A stretch of DNA of 64,000 nt from Candidatus Latescibacterota bacterium (GTDB lineage Bacteria > Latescibacterota > UBA2968 > GCA-2709665), in the NCBI GenBank assembly GCA_965222075.1, contig OZ244937.1:1152001-1216000 (forward strand), written 5' to 3'. Positions 29,329 through 39,995 of the stretch are shown here, one piece after another (the first letter of the stretch is position 1; every line of letters begins with the position of its first letter). A program made the position numbers and the translations under genes. Under the pieces are notes generated by a model. The model searched no databases. It was given only the letters and a program-made list of their open reading frames with translations, and had not been told where the DNA came from.

Positions 29329-32300
29329 ATGCAGACCGCTGGCCCTCAAACATGTCACCGCTTTCAATTCTTCCTCTTCCTGCTCCTCTTCCTGACCTCT
29401 GTTTCTCCCGCCCTCGCCGTGGACACCCTCCAGGTCTCCTCGCCCGATCGGGTGCTGGAGCCGTGGCGGTGGACGGTGTTCAACCGGAGCAACGGGCTTG
29501 CGGGACAGGTGTATGACATCTTTGAGGATCGGGACGGGAATATCTGGTTTGCCACGGACCGGGGGGCACAGCGCTACGATGGGATCCGGTGGGTGACGTA
29601 CACGAAAGAAGACGGGCTGGCCCACAATGACGTGCGCACGATGATCCAGACGCAGGACGGGGCGATGTGGTTCGGGACGTACGGCCGGGGCATCAGCCGG
29701 TTTGATGGGACGACCTGGACGACCTATACGGCGGGGGACGGGCTGGCGAGCGATCGTATCTGGTGGCGAGGGCTGGTGCAGGCACAGGACAGCTCCCTCT
29801 GGGCGGCAGGCGACAGAGAGGAGGCGAATGGAGGACAGGCAAGCGGGGTCAGCCGGTTTGATGGGGCGACCTGGACGACGGTTGAGGTGCCCAGCGGCCC
29901 TTATCCTCTGGATGTGAACAGCATCTTCGAGGCGTCCGATGGGGCGCTGTGGTTTCCGACCTGGGGGCAGGGGGCGCTGCGGTTCAACGGGGTGGAATGG
30001 ACGCGGTTTACAACCGGGGAAGGGCTGGCCGGGGATGTGGTGCTCCAGATGCTGGAAGGCTCCGATGGAGCGCTGTGGTTCGCCTGCGGCCGGGACGGGA
30101 TCAGCCGGTTCAAGGAGAAGCGATGGAAGACGTACACGGCCCGCAACGGACTGCCGGAAGGGACCACCATTGGGGCCCTCTGGATGACGGATGACGGCAC
30201 GGTCTGGGCCGGAATCGGGGACGGGCGGATCAGCCGTTTCGACGGCGACCGGTGGAGGACGTACAGTTCCAGGGATCTGCCCCAGTTGGGTACCAGATTG
30301 CACGGCCAATCGACACGGGACGGCGTGTTCTGGGTCTGGGGGCGAGGGAAGGACAGCGTGTTTCGGCTGGACTATGCGAGTTCAAAATGGAAGGTCTTTG
30401 ACCTGGAGGACCCTCTGTTTGGAGGTGCTGAGACTGCCGACGGTTGCATCTGGTTTGGTACCTGGCGCGGTGCGGTGCGCTACGACGGCGCCCACTGGCT
30501 TCGGTATACCGCAACGGATGGGCTGCTGGATGCCCGAATCTACCGCATGCAAAAAACAGACGATGGCTCCCTCTGGTTCTTTGCCGCGGCATTTGGGACG
30601 TTCCGTGGGGTGAGTCGATACGAGAACGGCGCCTGGCTGCAATACCCCCCAGAGGCGATGGGGCTGGACAGCGCGGGAGGGGTGTTTCGGGCAGCGGACG
30701 GTTCGTTCTGGGTGATTGGAAGTTCAGACGGAAGCAGTGCGGCCAGTCGGTACGATGGGCAGGCGTGGCAGGTTTACACGCGTGAAGACGGGCTTGTGGG
30801 CACGCGTTTGAGCCATATCTACCAGACGGAAAACGGAGATCTCTGGTTTGGCGCAGGTCCGAGGCGGCGCATGCCGGAAGGGAGCGGCGTGCTGCGATTT
30901 GACGGGGAGCGCTGGACCGTTTTTACCACGGAAGACGGCCTTGCCCACAACCATATCTACGGCCTGTTTCAGTCGCCGGATGGAGCGCTGTGGGTGGGCA
31001 CCCAGGCCGGACTGAGCTGGTTCGACGGGTCGGCGTGGCACAGCTACACGTACGAGGGGGGCCTCGCCGGTGAGAGACCCGGGGGGTTTACGGTAGGCTA
31101 TGAAGATCTCTGGTTTCATTATATACGTTCGCTCAGTTCGGGCGTCACCCGCTACGACGGGGCGACCTGGAAGACCTACACCACACGGGACGGCCTGGTG
31201 GACAACCGGGTGGGGGACATCTACCGGGCGTCCGATGGGGCGCTCTGGTTTGCCACGGAGGGAGGGGTGAGCCGGTTCGATGGTGCAAGCTGGATAAGCT
31301 ATACGGAAGAGAATGGGTTGCCGGACAACACCGTCCGGCGCATCTGGCAGTCTTCAGATGGGAGGATGTGGTTCGAGACACGGGATGGAAAGGCGGCCGG
31401 GTTCACCATTGACAACGTTGGCCCGGAGACGACGATTGCTTCGGCGTCCGGGGAGATCTCCTCGGGGGGAAATATCCTCTTGAGGTGGTCCGGGCGCGAC
31501 CTGTGGGAAGGCACGCCGCCGGGAGATCTGCGCTACCAGTGTCGGATGGACGGCGGTGCGTGGTCGCCCGTGACGGACCGGACAGATTTGACGTTTACGG
31601 GGCTTTCGTCCGGGCAGCACCGGTTTGAGGTGCGGGCTGTGGACCGGGATCTGAATGTGGACGCCACGCCGGCGGTGCGCGCATTTGCCGTGGAAGCGCC
31701 CTGGTGGAAACACCCCTGGGTGCTGGGCCTCGTGGCGGTTTTTGTGGGGGTGACAGGCTTCCAGGCGTCCCGGCTTGTGGCGAGCAACCGGAAGCTCAAA
31801 GAGGTCAATGCGGCGCTGTCGAAGGCGAATAAGGGCCTGTTTGAGGCCAATGTGCAGATCCAGGAGGCGAACCGGCTGAAGTCACAGTTTTTGGCGAATA
31901 TGTCCCACGAGGTGCGCACGCCGATGAACGCGATTATCGGGTTCACCCGGCTGGTGCTGCGGCGAGGCGCAGACCGACTGTCCAAACAGCACCAGGACAA
32001 CCTGGTGAAGGTGATGCTGAGCGCGGAGCACCTGCTGAACCTGATCAACGACGTGCTGGACCTGTCCAAGATTGAGGCGGGGAGGCTGGAGGTCAAGCCG
32101 GAGCCGTTCGACGTGAAGCGCACGGTTGTCAACGCCTGTGCCACGGTAGGCCCCATGGTCAAGGACGGCGTGACGATGGACTACGAGGTTGCCGACCATA
32201 TCGGAGAGGCGTACACGGATGAGTCGCGCCTGCGGCAGATCCTGATCAACCTGTTGAGCAACGCCGTCAAGTTTACGGACGCGGGCCAGGTGAGGGTGCG

Positions 32301-32619
32301 CGCTTCACAGGACGGTGCGCCTGCCTGCGCGGCGCACCGCGCTGCAGGCAGGCCGGACGGGAATGCGTCGTTGGTGATCTCGGTGTCGGACACGGGGACC
32401 GGCATCCCGGCGGATCAGCTCGAGGCGATCTTCCAGGAGTTCCGACAGGTGGATGGGTCCATCACGCGGAAGCACCATGGCACCGGGTTGGGACTGACTA
32501 TTACGAAGCGGCTGGCGGAGCTGCTGGGCGGGACGATCCGTGTGGAGAGTGAGGTTGGTAGAGGGTCCACGTTTACGGTAAAGGTGCCGGTGGCGTACAG
32601 GGGGAAGGAGGAAGGATAA
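29329..32619 (+). CDS. Sensor histidine kinase with periplasmic beta-propeller repeats
   Basis: Repeated DG.LWF.T...G.SR.DG..W..YT..DGL; TM helix; FLANMSHEVRTP; NLLSNAVKFT; GTGLGL. Confidence 0.93.
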   Translation: MQTAGPQTCHRFQFFLFLLLFLTSVSPALAVDTLQVSSPDRVLEPWRWTVFNRSNGLAGQVYDIFEDRDGNIWFATDRGAQRYDGIRWVTYTKEDGLAHNDVRTMIQTQDGAMWFGTYGRGISRFDGTTWTTYTAGDGLASDRIWWRGLVQAQDSSLWAAGDREEANGGQASGVSRFDGATWTTVEVPSGPYPLDVNSIFEASDGALWFPTWGQGALRFNGVEWTRFTTGEGLAGDVVLQMLEGSDGALWFACGRDGISRFKEKRWKTYTARNGLPEGTTIGALWMTDDGTVWAGIGDGRISRFDGDRWRTYSSRDLPQLGTRLHGQSTRDGVFWVWGRGKDSVFRLDYASSKWKVFDLEDPLFGGAETADGCIWFGTWRGAVRYDGAHWLRYTATDGLLDARIYRMQKTDDGSLWFFAAAFGTFRGVSRYENGAWLQYPPEAMGLDSAGGVFRAADGSFWVIGSSDGSSAASRYDGQAWQVYTREDGLVGTRLSHIYQTENGDLWFGAGPRRRMPEGSGVLRFDGERWTVFTTEDGLAHNHIYGLFQSPDGALWVGTQAGLSWFDGSAWHSYTYEGGLAGERPGGFTVGYEDLWFHYIRSLSSGVTRYDGATWKTYTTRDGLVDNRVGDIYRASDGALWFATEGGVSRFDGASWISYTEENGLPDNTVRRIWQSSDGRMWFETRDGKAAGFTIDNVGPETTIASASGEISSGGNILLRWSGRDLWEGTPPGDLRYQCRMDGGAWSPVTDRTDLTFTGLSSGQHRFEVRAVDRDLNVDATPAVRAFAVEAPWWKHPWVLGLVAVFVGVTGFQASRLVASNRKLKEVNAALSKANKGLFEANVQIQEANRLKSQFLANMSHEVRTPMNAIIGFTRLVLRRGADRLSKQHQDNLVKVMLSAEHLLNLINDVLDLSKIEAGRLEVKPEPFDVKRTVVNACATVGPMVKDGVTMDYEVADHIGEAYTDESRLRQILINLLSNAVKFTDAGQVRVRASQDGAPACAAHRAAGRPDGNASLVISVSDTGTGIPADQLEAIFQEFRQVDGSITRKHHGTGLGLTITKRLAELLGGTIRVESEVGRGSTFTVKVPVAYRGKEEG
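32319..32353 (+). repeat. 35-bp palindromic element type A, in-frame in the HATPase domain
   Basis: Identical to 3661-3695; encodes APACAAHRAAGRP. Confidence 0.95.
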
Positions 32620-32620
32620 G

Positions 32621-33805
32621 ATGAGGAAAATGCAAAATATAAGTTGGCCATATCGTTTTCTTGCGCTGCTTCTGGCAGGCGCTCTGAGCGCCGGGTGTGG
32701 GAAGGTTCCCACGGATCCGGACGATGCTCAGGATGGCGCACCGGGGGGCCTTGCTTCCGATCCCCTCAAGGTCAGCACGCTTGCCTCGGGCCTGGATACC
32801 CCCTGGGACCTGGTCTGGGGTCCGGACAACCAGATCTGGGTGACCGAACGCAGGGGCACCATCTCCCGCGTGGATACTTCCCTGGGTCGAATCACCCGGG
32901 TCGGCCAGATTGACATTGTCGAACAAAGCGAGAGCGGGCTGATGGGCATGGCCTTCCACCCCGACTTTGACACCCTGCCTTTCGTCTATCTCGCACACTC
33001 CTACAGGAGTGGAAGCGGCATCCAAAACCGGCTGGTCCGGATGCGCTACGACGGCACCCGGCTTGGCAATCCGGAGGTCCTTTTAGACAATATCTCCGGT
33101 GCCCCCAACCACGATGGGTCCCGTTTGGCCATCGGTCCGGACCGCCTGCTTTACATGACCACGGGAGACGCGCAAAACCAGGCCTTACCGCAAGATTTGA
33201 CCTCTTTGGCAGGCAAGGTCCTGCGCTTTACCTTAGAGGGCCTGCCTGCGCCGGAAAACCCCTTTGGCACGGCCGTCTACTCCTTTGGCCACCGCAATGC
33301 GCAGGGGCTGGTGTTCCACCCTGTGACAGGGATGCTTTACAGCACCGAGCACGGTCCTCGTGACAACGATGAGGTCAACCGGATCGAGATGGGTCGGAAC
33401 TACGGCTGGCCCAACGTCCGGGGTTTTTGCGACAACGATGTGCTGCCCGGCGAGCAGGCCTTCTGCCAGACCAACAATGTGGTTGAACCGCTGAGGGTCT
33501 GGACGCCCACCATCGCTCCTGCAGGCGCGGATATCTACAACGCAAACCTCATCCCGGGCTGGAAGGGGAGCCTCCTGTTCACCACCCTGAAGGGCGCTGC
33601 GCTCATCCGTCTGACCCTTTCTGCCGACGGCGGCCGGGTCGTGGACCAGGAGACCTTCTTCCAGGACCGGTTCGGCCGTCTCCGCGACGTGCTGGTCGGC
33701 CCCCGTGGAGAGGTCTACTTGGCCACCAGCAACCGGGACGGCCGCGGTAATCCGGCACCGGGGGACGACCGGATTCTCCTGGTTCTGCCTGTCAGGCAGG
33801 GATAA
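32621..33805 (+). CDS. PQQ-dependent sugar dehydrogenase (GSDH family) lipoprotein
   Basis: Lipobox SAGC, GLDTPW, HDGSRL, GHRNAQG, NYGWP, GRLRDV. Confidence 0.9.
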   Translation: MRKMQNISWPYRFLALLLAGALSAGCGKVPTDPDDAQDGAPGGLASDPLKVSTLASGLDTPWDLVWGPDNQIWVTERRGTISRVDTSLGRITRVGQIDIVEQSESGLMGMAFHPDFDTLPFVYLAHSYRSGSGIQNRLVRMRYDGTRLGNPEVLLDNISGAPNHDGSRLAIGPDRLLYMTTGDAQNQALPQDLTSLAGKVLRFTLEGLPAPENPFGTAVYSFGHRNAQGLVFHPVTGMLYSTEHGPRDNDEVNRIEMGRNYGWPNVRGFCDNDVLPGEQAFCQTNNVVEPLRVWTPTIAPAGADIYNANLIPGWKGSLLFTTLKGAALIRLTLSADGGRVVDQETFFQDRFGRLRDVLVGPRGEVYLATSNRDGRGNPAPGDDRILLVLPVRQG

Positions 33806-33900
33806 GGACCCTCTTGACGAGGTTGGGAGGGTTTACGGTAACAGAGGGGCTGAAATTGCAAACAAATCGCAAATTGAGGTCAACTTGAAGGGTATGTCCT

Positions 33901-35583
33901 ATGGCTGAAAAAAGGCAGAAGATCCTGATCGTGGACGACGAGCCGGACATCCTGGATTCGCTGCGGTTCGCGCTGGAACTGGACTACGACGTGCTGACGG
34001 CATCCGGGGGAGAAGAGGGGCTGGGGCTGCTGAAAGAGCACGAGGTGGCGGTGATCCTTTCGGACCAGCGGATGCCGAAGATGACCGGGGTCGAGTTTCT
34101 GGAGAGGGCGCAGGCGATTTCGCCGGACAGCGTCCGGATGATGCTGACCGGGTTTGCGGACTTCAACGCGATTGTGGAGGCGGTTAATACGGGCCAGATC
34201 TACCGGTATATCTCCAAGCCCTGGGAACCGCGAGACCTGGAGGTGGATGTGCGCCGGGCCGTGGAAGCCTATGAGATGCAGGTCGCCCTGAATCGGCGCA
34301 TGCAAGAGCTGAACACGCTGTGCGAGATAGGCGCCACGATTACGTCTGTGCTGGACTTGGAGCAGGTGATCCAGAAGATCTTAGACGGGGTGGTGGAGGC
34401 GCTCGGGTTCGACCGGTCGTTTCTGATGCTGGCCGACGAAGAGGCCGGGGTGCTGCGCTGCCGGGGGAGCGCCGGGATAAGTGGAGACGCTTTGGCATAT
34501 GTTTCGCAATTGGAGTACGGGTTGGACCGGGGGGATGTGGCGGTGGTGCTGGCGGTGCGGGAGAACCGGCCGATCCTGGTGAAGGATGTGGAGGACCCGC
34601 CCGTGGCGCTGGACCGGGAGGCGGTGCGCCGGATCGGCATCCGGTCTTTTGTGACCGCTCCGCTGCGCGCCGGGGAGCGTCGGATCGGGGCGCTGGTGGC
34701 CGATCGCAGCGGAGGTTCGGAGCGGGTGACGGAGCACGACCGGCTACTGCTTGAGGGGGTCGCCGACCAAGCGGCGATTGCGATCGAAAACGCCCGGCTC
34801 TACGGTGAGGCCTTGGAAAAGCAGCGCTTAGAGGAGGAGGAAGCCGCGGCCGCACGGATTCAGCAGGTCCTTTTGCCGGCAAAGATCCCGCAGATCGAAG
34901 GGTTCGAGGTGACCGGCACAAGCCGGCCCAGCCGGGGGGTGAGTGGAGACTATTACGACGTGCTCGAAGACGGATCGGGCAGGTTCTGGGTGGCGCTGGG
35001 GGACGTATCCGGCAAGGGAATGCAGGCCGGGCTGACGATGGCTACGCTACGCACGCTGTTTCGGACGGAACTGGAGCGGGAGCAGCCGCTGTCGGAGATG
35101 ATGCGCCGGATCGGCGAGGGGCTCTGGATCAGCACAGCGCCGGAGGTGTTCGCGACGCTCTGCTTCGGCGTTCTGGAACCGGCGGCAGTGAGGACCTTCA
35201 CCTATGTTAACGCCGGACACCCGTTCCCCGTGCTGGCGCGGGCGGGCGGGGGGATCACCGAGGTGAACAGGGCCGGACTGCCGGTGGGGATGGATCCGGC
35301 GCTGGCCGTCGGACTGGGCTATGAGGAGCAGCGGGTGGAATTGGGACCAGGCGATGTGCTTGTGATCTACAGCGATGGGGTGACCGAGGCGGGGGCGTCT
35401 GGGGAGGATATGTTCGGAGAGGCGCGCTTGGAGGCGGTGGTGGCCGAACACCGGGCGGGCGGCGTGGCGGCGGTGCAGGAGGCGATCTGCGAGGCGGTGG
35501 ACGAATTCGTAGGCGATGCGCCGGTGGATGATGATTTGACGCTGGTGGTGATTGGGGCAATTGAAGAAAGGAAAGGCCCGTGA
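33901..35583 (+). CDS. Receiver-GAF-PP2C (SpoIIE) phosphatase
   Basis: IVDDE...SDQRMP; AAIAIENARL; SGDYYD, GDVSGKG, YSDGVTEA, DDLT. Confidence 0.92.
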   Translation: MAEKRQKILIVDDEPDILDSLRFALELDYDVLTASGGEEGLGLLKEHEVAVILSDQRMPKMTGVEFLERAQAISPDSVRMMLTGFADFNAIVEAVNTGQIYRYISKPWEPRDLEVDVRRAVEAYEMQVALNRRMQELNTLCEIGATITSVLDLEQVIQKILDGVVEALGFDRSFLMLADEEAGVLRCRGSAGISGDALAYVSQLEYGLDRGDVAVVLAVRENRPILVKDVEDPPVALDREAVRRIGIRSFVTAPLRAGERRIGALVADRSGGSERVTEHDRLLLEGVADQAAIAIENARLYGEALEKQRLEEEEAAAARIQQVLLPAKIPQIEGFEVTGTSRPSRGVSGDYYDVLEDGSGRFWVALGDVSGKGMQAGLTMATLRTLFRTELEREQPLSEMMRRIGEGLWISTAPEVFATLCFGVLEPAAVRTFTYVNAGHPFPVLARAGGGITEVNRAGLPVGMDPALAVGLGYEEQRVELGPGDVLVIYSDGVTEAGASGEDMFGEARLEAVVAEHRAGGVAAVQEAICEAVDEFVGDAPVDDDLTLVVIGAIEERKGP

Positions 35584-37007
35584 AAAAGCGCCGAATCCTG
35601 GTCGTAGACGACGAACCCGATATCCTGGATGCCCTGCGGCTGACGCTTGAGGCCGATTATGAGGTGTTGACGGCGTCCAGTGGTCGGGAGGGTCTGGAGG
35701 TGCTCCGGGGGGAGGACGTGGCGGTGATGGTTGTGGACCAGCGGATGCCGGAGATGACCGGGACGGCGTTCCTGGAGCAGGCCGTGGCGCTGGCGCCGAA
35801 GGCGATTGGAATTATGCTTACCGGGTACACGGATATGGACGCCCTGGTTGCGGCGGTGAACGCGGGACAGATCTACCGCTATATTGCCAAGCCCTGGGAG
35901 GCGGAAGAGCTGAAGATGGACGTGCGGCGGGGCGTGGAGCGCCACGAGATGGCGGCCGAGCTGGACCGGCGCTACGAGGAGATCCTCCGGTTGAACCGGG
36001 CGTTGGAGGAAGCGAGGCAGAAGCTGGAACAGGAGAACGTGCAGCTCCGGCACGCCGTCCAGGAGCGGTATCGGTTTGAAGGACTGATCGGGCAGAGCCC
36101 GGCGATGGAGCGGGTCTACGATCTGGTGGAGAAGGTGCTTCACGCCGATACGTTTGTGATGCTTACCGGTGAGACGGGCACGGGCAAGGAGATGCTGGCG
36201 CGGTGCATCCATTTCAACGGCGCACGCAAGGAAGGCCCGTTTGTAACGCAGAACTGCGGGGCACTGCCTCCGGAACTCCTGGAGAGCGAGCTGTTCGGAC
36301 ACAAGAAGGGGGCGTTTACCGGGGCGGTGGAGGACCGGCCGGGGCTGTTTGAGACCGCGGACGGGGGCACGGTGTTCCTGGACGAGATCGGCGAGACCTC
36401 CCCGGCGATGCAGGTGCGGCTGCTGCGGGTGCTGCAGGACGGCGAGATCCGCCGGGTGGGGGAGTCCACGGACCGGAAGGTGGACGTGCGGGTGATTGCA
36501 GCGACCAACCGGGACCTGCGGGCCGAGGTGCGGGAAGGCCGGTTCCGGGAAGATCTCTACTTCCGGCTGAATGTGTTCCCGATCGAGGTTCCGCCCCTTC
36601 GCAACCGCACCGAGGACGTGCCCCCCCTGGCCGCCCATTTTTTAGGAACGTACGCGCCGGACCGTCAGGTCCGGGTCACCCCCGAGGCGATGGACCTGCT
36701 GTGCCGGTATGCCTGGCCGGGCAACGTGCGGGAGTTGGAGAACGAGGTACAGCGCTCCCTGCTGCTGGCCGGGGACACAGACCGGATCGGGCCGGAGTTG
36801 TTGTCGGAGGGGGTGCGCGGGAATGCCGCGCCGGGCGAGCTCCAGGCGGAAGGCACGCTGAAGGGGGAGGTGACGCGGATCGAGCGGGAGATGATCGCGG
36901 AGGCGCTGGCGCGGACCGGCGGCAACCGAACGCATGCGGCACGGGCGCTGGGGATCAGCCGGTGGGGACTGGTGCAGAAGATTGAGAAGTATGGGATCAA
37001 GGGGTGA
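35580..37007 (+). CDS. sigma54-dependent response regulator (NtrC family)
   Basis: Receiver domain, [31 protein letters not shown], Fis-type HTH. Confidence 0.95.
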   Translation: MKKRRILVVDDEPDILDALRLTLEADYEVLTASSGREGLEVLRGEDVAVMVVDQRMPEMTGTAFLEQAVALAPKAIGIMLTGYTDMDALVAAVNAGQIYRYIAKPWEAEELKMDVRRGVERHEMAAELDRRYEEILRLNRALEEARQKLEQENVQLRHAVQERYRFEGLIGQSPAMERVYDLVEKVLHADTFVMLTGETGTGKEMLARCIHFNGARKEGPFVTQNCGALPPELLESELFGHKKGAFTGAVEDRPGLFETADGGTVFLDEIGETSPAMQVRLLRVLQDGEIRRVGESTDRKVDVRVIAATNRDLRAEVREGRFREDLYFRLNVFPIEVPPLRNRTEDVPPLAAHFLGTYAPDRQVRVTPEAMDLLCRYAWPGNVRELENEVQRSLLLAGDTDRIGPELLSEGVRGNAAPGELQAEGTLKGEVTRIEREMIAEALARTGGNRTHAARALGISRWGLVQKIEKYGIKG

Positions 37008-37142
37008 GGTCATTGGAAATCCCCCAGCCTTTGAGATGCCGTCTGACAGATTGTTTGTTCGCGGTGGGGAAGCCGGTAAGGAATGGAGAAATGAAGAGAA
37101 AGGGTGAGGGCGTAGAAAATTTCTAATTGAAAGGCAGAAGCG

Positions 37143-38285
37143 ATGAGCACACCATACGGTCTCTTGCTCAAAGGCGGCCATGTGATTGATCCCAAAAACA
37201 ATGTGGACGGGCCGGCGGATCTGGCGATTCGGGATGGGAAGGTCGCCGCGGTGGATCAGGACCTTGCGGGAGACGCAGACAAGATCCTGGACGTTTCCGG
37301 GCTTTATGTGACGCCGGGGCTGATCGATATCCACGTACACGTGTACGGCGGGTACCGGGGCTGGATGTTTCCGGACCAGCATGCTTTTCCAAACGGCGTC
37401 ACCACGGTGGTGGATACCGGGGGGGCCGGGTGGAAGGATTTCGAGGATTTTAAGGCGACGATTATCGATCCCTCCGCCACCCGCGTGCTGGCATTTGTCA
37501 ATATCGTCGGGGTGGGGATGATCGGGCCTCCGGAACAGGATATGCGTGAGATGGCGCCGGAGCCGTGCGCGGAGATGATCCGGCGCTACCCGGACTGCGT
37601 CGTGGGGTCCAAGTCCGCGCATTTCCAGGGGCCGGGATGGGAGGCCGCCGGGGGGGCGATCGAGGCTGCGCGGATGAGCGAGACGATCGCGATGATCGAC
37701 TTTGCGCCGAAGCCGACGCGCTCCTACGAGGAGCTCTTGGGGCGGATGAGTCCCGGGGATATTCATACACATCTGTATTCCAGTCATATTCCGCTGCTGG
37801 ATGAGGAGAAGAAGGTCAACGGTTATGTGTGGGAGGCGCGGGAGCGGGGGATTATCTTCGATACAGGGCATGGGGCCGGCAGCTTCTGGTTCCGGATTGC
37901 CGAACCGGCCATCCAGCAGGGCTTTCCGCCTGATACGATCAGCACGGATATCCACAAATCCAGCCGGCTGATCCCCAATGCGACCATGCTGACGACGATG
38001 TCGAAGTTCCTGGCCCTGGACATGTCGCTGATGGAGGTGGTTTACCGGTCCACACAGGTGCCCGCCCAGGTGATCCGCCGGCCTGAACTGGGCCACCTGA
38101 GCGTGGGCGCGGAGGCGGATGTGGCGGTGTTGGAACTGATTGAGGGCGACTTCGGGTTTGTGGACTCCGGCTGCAACAGCAAGCGGGGTACACAGAAATT
38201 AGAGTGTCAGCTGACCCTGCGGGCGGGTGAGATCGTGTGGGATTTGAACGGGCGGAGTTTTCCGGATTATTCGCTGGGATTGTAA
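37143..38285 (+). CDS. Amidohydrolase/deacetylase family metallohydrolase (dihydroorotase-like)
   Basis: PGLIDIHVH, GVTTVVDTG, FDTGHGAGSF, ISTDIH. Confidence 0.88.
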   Translation: MSTPYGLLLKGGHVIDPKNNVDGPADLAIRDGKVAAVDQDLAGDADKILDVSGLYVTPGLIDIHVHVYGGYRGWMFPDQHAFPNGVTTVVDTGGAGWKDFEDFKATIIDPSATRVLAFVNIVGVGMIGPPEQDMREMAPEPCAEMIRRYPDCVVGSKSAHFQGPGWEAAGGAIEAARMSETIAMIDFAPKPTRSYEELLGRMSPGDIHTHLYSSHIPLLDEEKKVNGYVWEARERGIIFDTGHGAGSFWFRIAEPAIQQGFPPDTISTDIHKSSRLIPNATMLTTMSKFLALDMSLMEVVYRSTQVPAQVIRRPELGHLSVGAEADVAVLELIEGDFGFVDSGCNSKRGTQKLECQLTLRAGEIVWDLNGRSFPDYSLGL

Positions 38286-38410
38286 TGTTCACCAGGGTAG
38301 GGAGACGATGCTGTGAGCCGGAGCCGTGCGCTGGCCAATCGTCCGGGGTGGGGTAGACGCAGAGGAAGACCAAAATCACGACTATCTCTCGTATTGCAGG
38401 AGGAGGGTTT

Positions 38411-39520
38411 ATGGACACGTCGTCGCTGAGTTTTCCGACTTATGAATCGATTGGGGTGCGGCCGTTGATTAATTGCAAGGGGACGTTTACGATTATCAGC
38501 GGGTCGTTGATGCTGCCGGAGGCGGTGCAGGCGATGTGCGAAGCGTCGAAGGCTTACGTGCATTTAGATGAGTTGATGGACAGGGTCGGAGAGCGCATTG
38601 CGGAGTTGATGCGGGTGGAGTGGGGGATTGTGACCAACGGCTGCGCTGCGGCGCTGTGCCAGATTACGGCCGCGTGCGTGGCGGGCACGGATCTGGAGAA
38701 GATGCGACGCCTGCCGGATACGGCGGGGATGAAATACGAGGTGATCGCGCAGCCGTCTCACCGGCACATATACGATCACGCGATCCGGATGGTGGGCGTG
38801 CGGATGGTGGAGGTGGAGACTGTGGAAGCGCTGGAGGCGGCGATCGGCGAGCAGACGGCGATGATTGCGGTGTTCGGCGATGCGGGGGACCGGGGCACGA
38901 TTTCGGTGGAGGAGATGGCCCGCATCGGGCACAAGTGGGGGGTTCCGACCTTTGTGGATGCAGCGGCGGAGCGTCCGGATGTGCCCAACCGGTACATTGC
39001 CGAAGGGGCGGATGCGGTGGCCTACAGCGGGGGGAAGTGCCTGCGCGGGCCCCAGGCATCGGGGCTGGTGCTGGGCCGGAAGGACCTGCTGCAGGCAGCG
39101 TTTATGAACGGGGCGCCACACCACGCGCTGGCCCGGCCGATGAAGGCGGGCAAGGAGGAGATTATGGGCCTCCTGGCCGCGGTGGAACAGTGGGTGGTGC
39201 GGGACCACGAAGCGGAGTGGAAGGAGTGGGAGCGGCGCTTGAGGGTGATTTCGGATGCGATATCAGGCATCCCGTCGGTCACAACGGAGGTGGAGCAGCC
39301 CGGACGGTCCAACGTGGCGCCGGTGCTGGCCTTCCGGTGGGACCCGGAGACGGTCCGGATGAGCCCGGAGGAGGTCCGGACGCAGCTTTCCGAGGGTGAT
39401 CCGCGGATCGAGATGCCCACGAACAAGGGCGGGCTTTCCGTGATGCCGTATATGATGGAGGCAGGTGAAGAGGTCGTTGTGGCGGGGCGGTTGAAGGAGG
39501 TGCTGGAAGGGGCGGTTTGA
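38411..39520 (+). CDS. SelA-like PLP-dependent enzyme (DgaE-like)
   Basis: INCKGTFTIISGS, VDAAAE, YSGGK, RPMKAGKEEI; 369 aa. Confidence 0.8.
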   Translation: MDTSSLSFPTYESIGVRPLINCKGTFTIISGSLMLPEAVQAMCEASKAYVHLDELMDRVGERIAELMRVEWGIVTNGCAAALCQITAACVAGTDLEKMRRLPDTAGMKYEVIAQPSHRHIYDHAIRMVGVRMVEVETVEALEAAIGEQTAMIAVFGDAGDRGTISVEEMARIGHKWGVPTFVDAAAERPDVPNRYIAEGADAVAYSGGKCLRGPQASGLVLGRKDLLQAAFMNGAPHHALARPMKAGKEEIMGLLAAVEQWVVRDHEAEWKEWERRLRVISDAISGIPSVTTEVEQPGRSNVAPVLAFRWDPETVRMSPEEVRTQLSEGDPRIEMPTNKGGLSVMPYMMEAGEEVVVAGRLKEVLEGAV

Positions 39521-39585
39521 TCACAGGGAAAGGTCTTCTACAGGGCCAAAGTTCATCACTTTCTGTTTTTCGCCGGGGGGCGGCC

Positions 39586-39948
39586 ATGAAGAAGATTTTG
39601 ATTATCGAAGACATCGAGTGGAACCGGGATCTGCTGACGCAGATCTTAGAGGAGGACTACGGGGTGGTGGAGGCAGAGGACGGGAAGCAGGGGCTGGAGG
39701 TGGCGCGGGGAGAGCAGCCGGACCTGATTCTGATGGATATTTCCCTGCCGGAGATCAACGGGTGGGAGCTGGCGCCGATGATCCGGCGGACGGAAGGGCT
39801 TCAGGAGGTGCCGATTATTGCGGTGACGGCGCACGCGATGGCCGGAGACGAGGAGCGGTCCAAAGAGGTGGGCTGCAACGACTACGTGGCCAAGCCGATC
39901 GACGAGGATGAACTCTTAGAGAAGGTCGAGAAGTTGATTGGAAAGTGA
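39586..39948 (+). CDS. Single-domain response regulator
   Basis: ILIIED, LMDISLP, VTAHAM, AKP. Confidence 0.92.
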   Translation: MKKILIIEDIEWNRDLLTQILEEDYGVVEAEDGKQGLEVARGEQPDLILMDISLPEINGWELAPMIRRTEGLQEVPIIAVTAHAMAGDEERSKEVGCNDYVAKPIDEDELLEKVEKLIGK

Positions 39949-39995
39949 AAAGCGATGGACGACGGACGGTGGAGGCGAAAGAAGAGGGCGATACA

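Noticed and set aside
33845-33860. sigma54 promoter before the REC-GAF-PP2C gene
   Set aside because: GG-N10-GC spacing fits but the -24 element is poor.
38411-39520. True selenocysteine synthase SelA serving the nearby Sec-FDH
   Set aside because: Short (369 aa), DgaE-like motifs, paired with an amidohydrolase, and no selB or selC adjacent.
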